NCBI GenBank assembly: GCA_021373185.1
Contig: JAJFTF010000005.1
Span: forward strand, 10,572-74,571
Direction of reading: 5' to 3'
DNA length: 64,000 bases
From: Betaproteobacteria bacterium
GTDB taxonomy: Bacteria; Pseudomonadota; Gammaproteobacteria; Burkholderiales; Sulfuricellaceae
The translations under genes and the position numbers were made by a program. This document shows positions 62,471-64,000 of this stretch, in pieces (the first letter of the stretch is position 1; the number at the start of each line of letters is the position of its first letter). The notes below the pieces were generated by a model. It was not told the origin of the DNA, searched no databases, and saw nothing but the letters and a program-made list of their open reading frames with translations.

Positions 62471-63511
62471 ATGGCTGACATCGAACACGAAGCTCTGCTG
62501 GAGTCGGTTGCCGATATTACCGAGCAGCGCGATCTGGAGTCGCTCGAGGTCAGTTTGGTGAAAGCCATCCAGGAATTTGTTCCGGCTATTGAGATCAAGT
62601 TTTATAAGGTGCACGACCAGGAAGTGTTGCTGGTCGTGAAGGCGGATGAACATGGGCTGGAGTCTGGCGGTGGGTTAATTAAATCGTCGGATGGCATTCT
62701 GTCTTTGCAGAGTAGCGCAGAATTCATGGATTGCCTGGAAAAGCAGGCGATGGTGGCCTATGAAACCGGGGGGATGAACAGGTTGATCTATCCAATCATG
62801 CTCGAAGAGCATGCAGTGGGTATTTTGTCCCTGCTTTGCGCAAAGAACTGCGATTGCGACCAGAGGCTCATTGCCGGTTTGCTGCGGATTCACCAGAACC
62901 TCCTTTCCATCATCAACGAAAGCGAACACGACAAACTGACCGGCTTGCTCAACCGCAAGACGTTCGACGACAAAATCAGCAAAATCCTGCAAGACAATGC
63001 CACTCGGGAAGCTGAAGAAATCAAGCCGTCCGTTGAGCATCGGAGCGAGCAGAAAGAAAATACTTCCAACTGGCTGGCGCTGCTGGATATCGATCATTTC
63101 AAACGCATCAACGACACCTTCGGGCATTTGTACGGCGACGAAGTATTGCTGCTGTTTTCAAGGATCATGAAGAAGAATTTTCGCAGCAGGGATTTGCTGT
63201 TTCGTTATGGCGGCGAGGAATTCATCGTGGTTCTTCCTGCGGAAAGAATCGGCGGTGCGTGGGCCGCTCTGGAACGATTCAGGGAGGCGGTCGAATGTTT
63301 TCGATTCCCGCAGGTCGGCGAAGTGACGGTCAGCGTTGGTTTCGTCGATATGGGCAATCAGGTGATTCCCGCTACCCTGGTGGGTCACGCCGACCAGGCT
63401 TTGTATTTTGCCAAACAAAATGGCCGCAATCGGGTTTGTTTGTATGATTTCCTGATTATTACCGGCGAGCTTGGCAAGGAAGCTGCCGGCAGCGATGTCG
63501 AGCTTTTTTAG
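62471..63511 (+). CDS. Diguanylate cyclase (GAF-like N-terminus plus GGDEF domain)
   Basis: [30 protein letters not shown]; C-terminal SDVELF. Confidence 0.92.
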   Translation: MADIEHEALLESVADITEQRDLESLEVSLVKAIQEFVPAIEIKFYKVHDQEVLLVVKADEHGLESGGGLIKSSDGILSLQSSAEFMDCLEKQAMVAYETGGMNRLIYPIMLEEHAVGILSLLCAKNCDCDQRLIAGLLRIHQNLLSIINESEHDKLTGLLNRKTFDDKISKILQDNATREAEEIKPSVEHRSEQKENTSNWLALLDIDHFKRINDTFGHLYGDEVLLLFSRIMKKNFRSRDLLFRYGGEEFIVVLPAERIGGAWAALERFREAVECFRFPQVGEVTVSVGFVDMGNQVIPATLVGHADQALYFAKQNGRNRVCLYDFLIITGELGKEAAGSDVELF

Positions 63512-63533
63512 GTAAGTACAAGAGAGTGTTGCG

Positions 63534-64000
63534 ATGATCGAAAAACTGGCCATTATCGGTGTCGGACTTATCGGCGGATCGTTTGCCATGGCTTTGCGCG
63601 AAGCCGGCATGGTGCGCGAAATTATCGGGGTCGGGCGCTCTGCCGCTAATTTGCAGGAAGCGCTGAAATGCGGGGCTATCGACCGGATTGCTCCCAATGC
63701 GGCGGTTGCCGTTCAGGATGCGGAATTGGTCATGCTGGCGGTTCCGGTTGGGCAGATGGCTGCCGTGATGCAGGAGATTGCGCCCCATCTTGCCGCGCAT
63801 ACGGTGGTGACCGATGCCGGCAGCACCAAGGGCGATGTAGTGGCGCTGGCGCGGCGACATCTGCCGCAACACCTGGCCGGTTTTGTGCCGGGCCACCCGA
63901 TTGCGGGCGCGGAAAAAAGCGGTGTCGGCGCGGCGAATGCCGGCTTGTTTCGCAACCGTCAGGCGGTGTTAACGCCGTTGCCGGAAACCGCCGCAACGGC
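63534..64000 (+). CDS. tyrA: Prephenate dehydrogenase (3'-truncated by window edge)
   Basis: MIEKLAIIGVGLIGGS Rossmann motif, TDAGSTK, GHPIAGAE; absent from ORF track because it has no stop in the window. Confidence 0.93.
   Translation, partial: MIEKLAIIGVGLIGGSFAMALREAGMVREIIGVGRSAANLQEALKCGAIDRIAPNAAVAVQDAELVMLAVPVGQMAAVMQEIAPHLAAHTVVTDAGSTKGDVVALARRHLPQHLAGFVPGHPIAGAEKSGVGAANAGLFRNRQAVLTPLPETAAT

Overview
This is a high-GC chromosomal window, probably from a sulfur-oxidising betaproteobacterium (Nitrosomonadales, Sulfuricella/Gallionella-like). That assignment is inferred from gene order, soeABC and the tmRNA tag ANDENYALAA. The core backbone is nuoF(partial)-nuoN, htpG, tRNA-Arg(CCT), glgP, uup, moxR-DUF58-tgpA, soeABC, lemA, fbaB, ssrA, gph-ubiG-mtaD-ompA and gyrA-serC-pheA-hisC-aroF-tyrA(partial). 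Several small accessory pieces are interspersed, and no integrase or transposase gene is present. The most striking non-genic structure is a family of CCACGGAT/ATCCGTGG inverted-repeat arms that recurs at three loci. The arms enclose about 70 bp, a TSD-flanked MITE carrying a REP doublet, or an integron-type PIN cassette plus a small gene bounded by 25-nt palindromes and a duplicated moxR 5' end. Other notable items are a class III nucleotide cyclase with a (KANPV)12 tail inside an 18-bp perfect inverted repeat, an Hpt-HD-GYP fusion, and two signalling genes inserted into the aromatic amino-acid operon that share a C-terminal acidic-x-ELF tail. All calls come from reading motifs by eye; no database searches were run.
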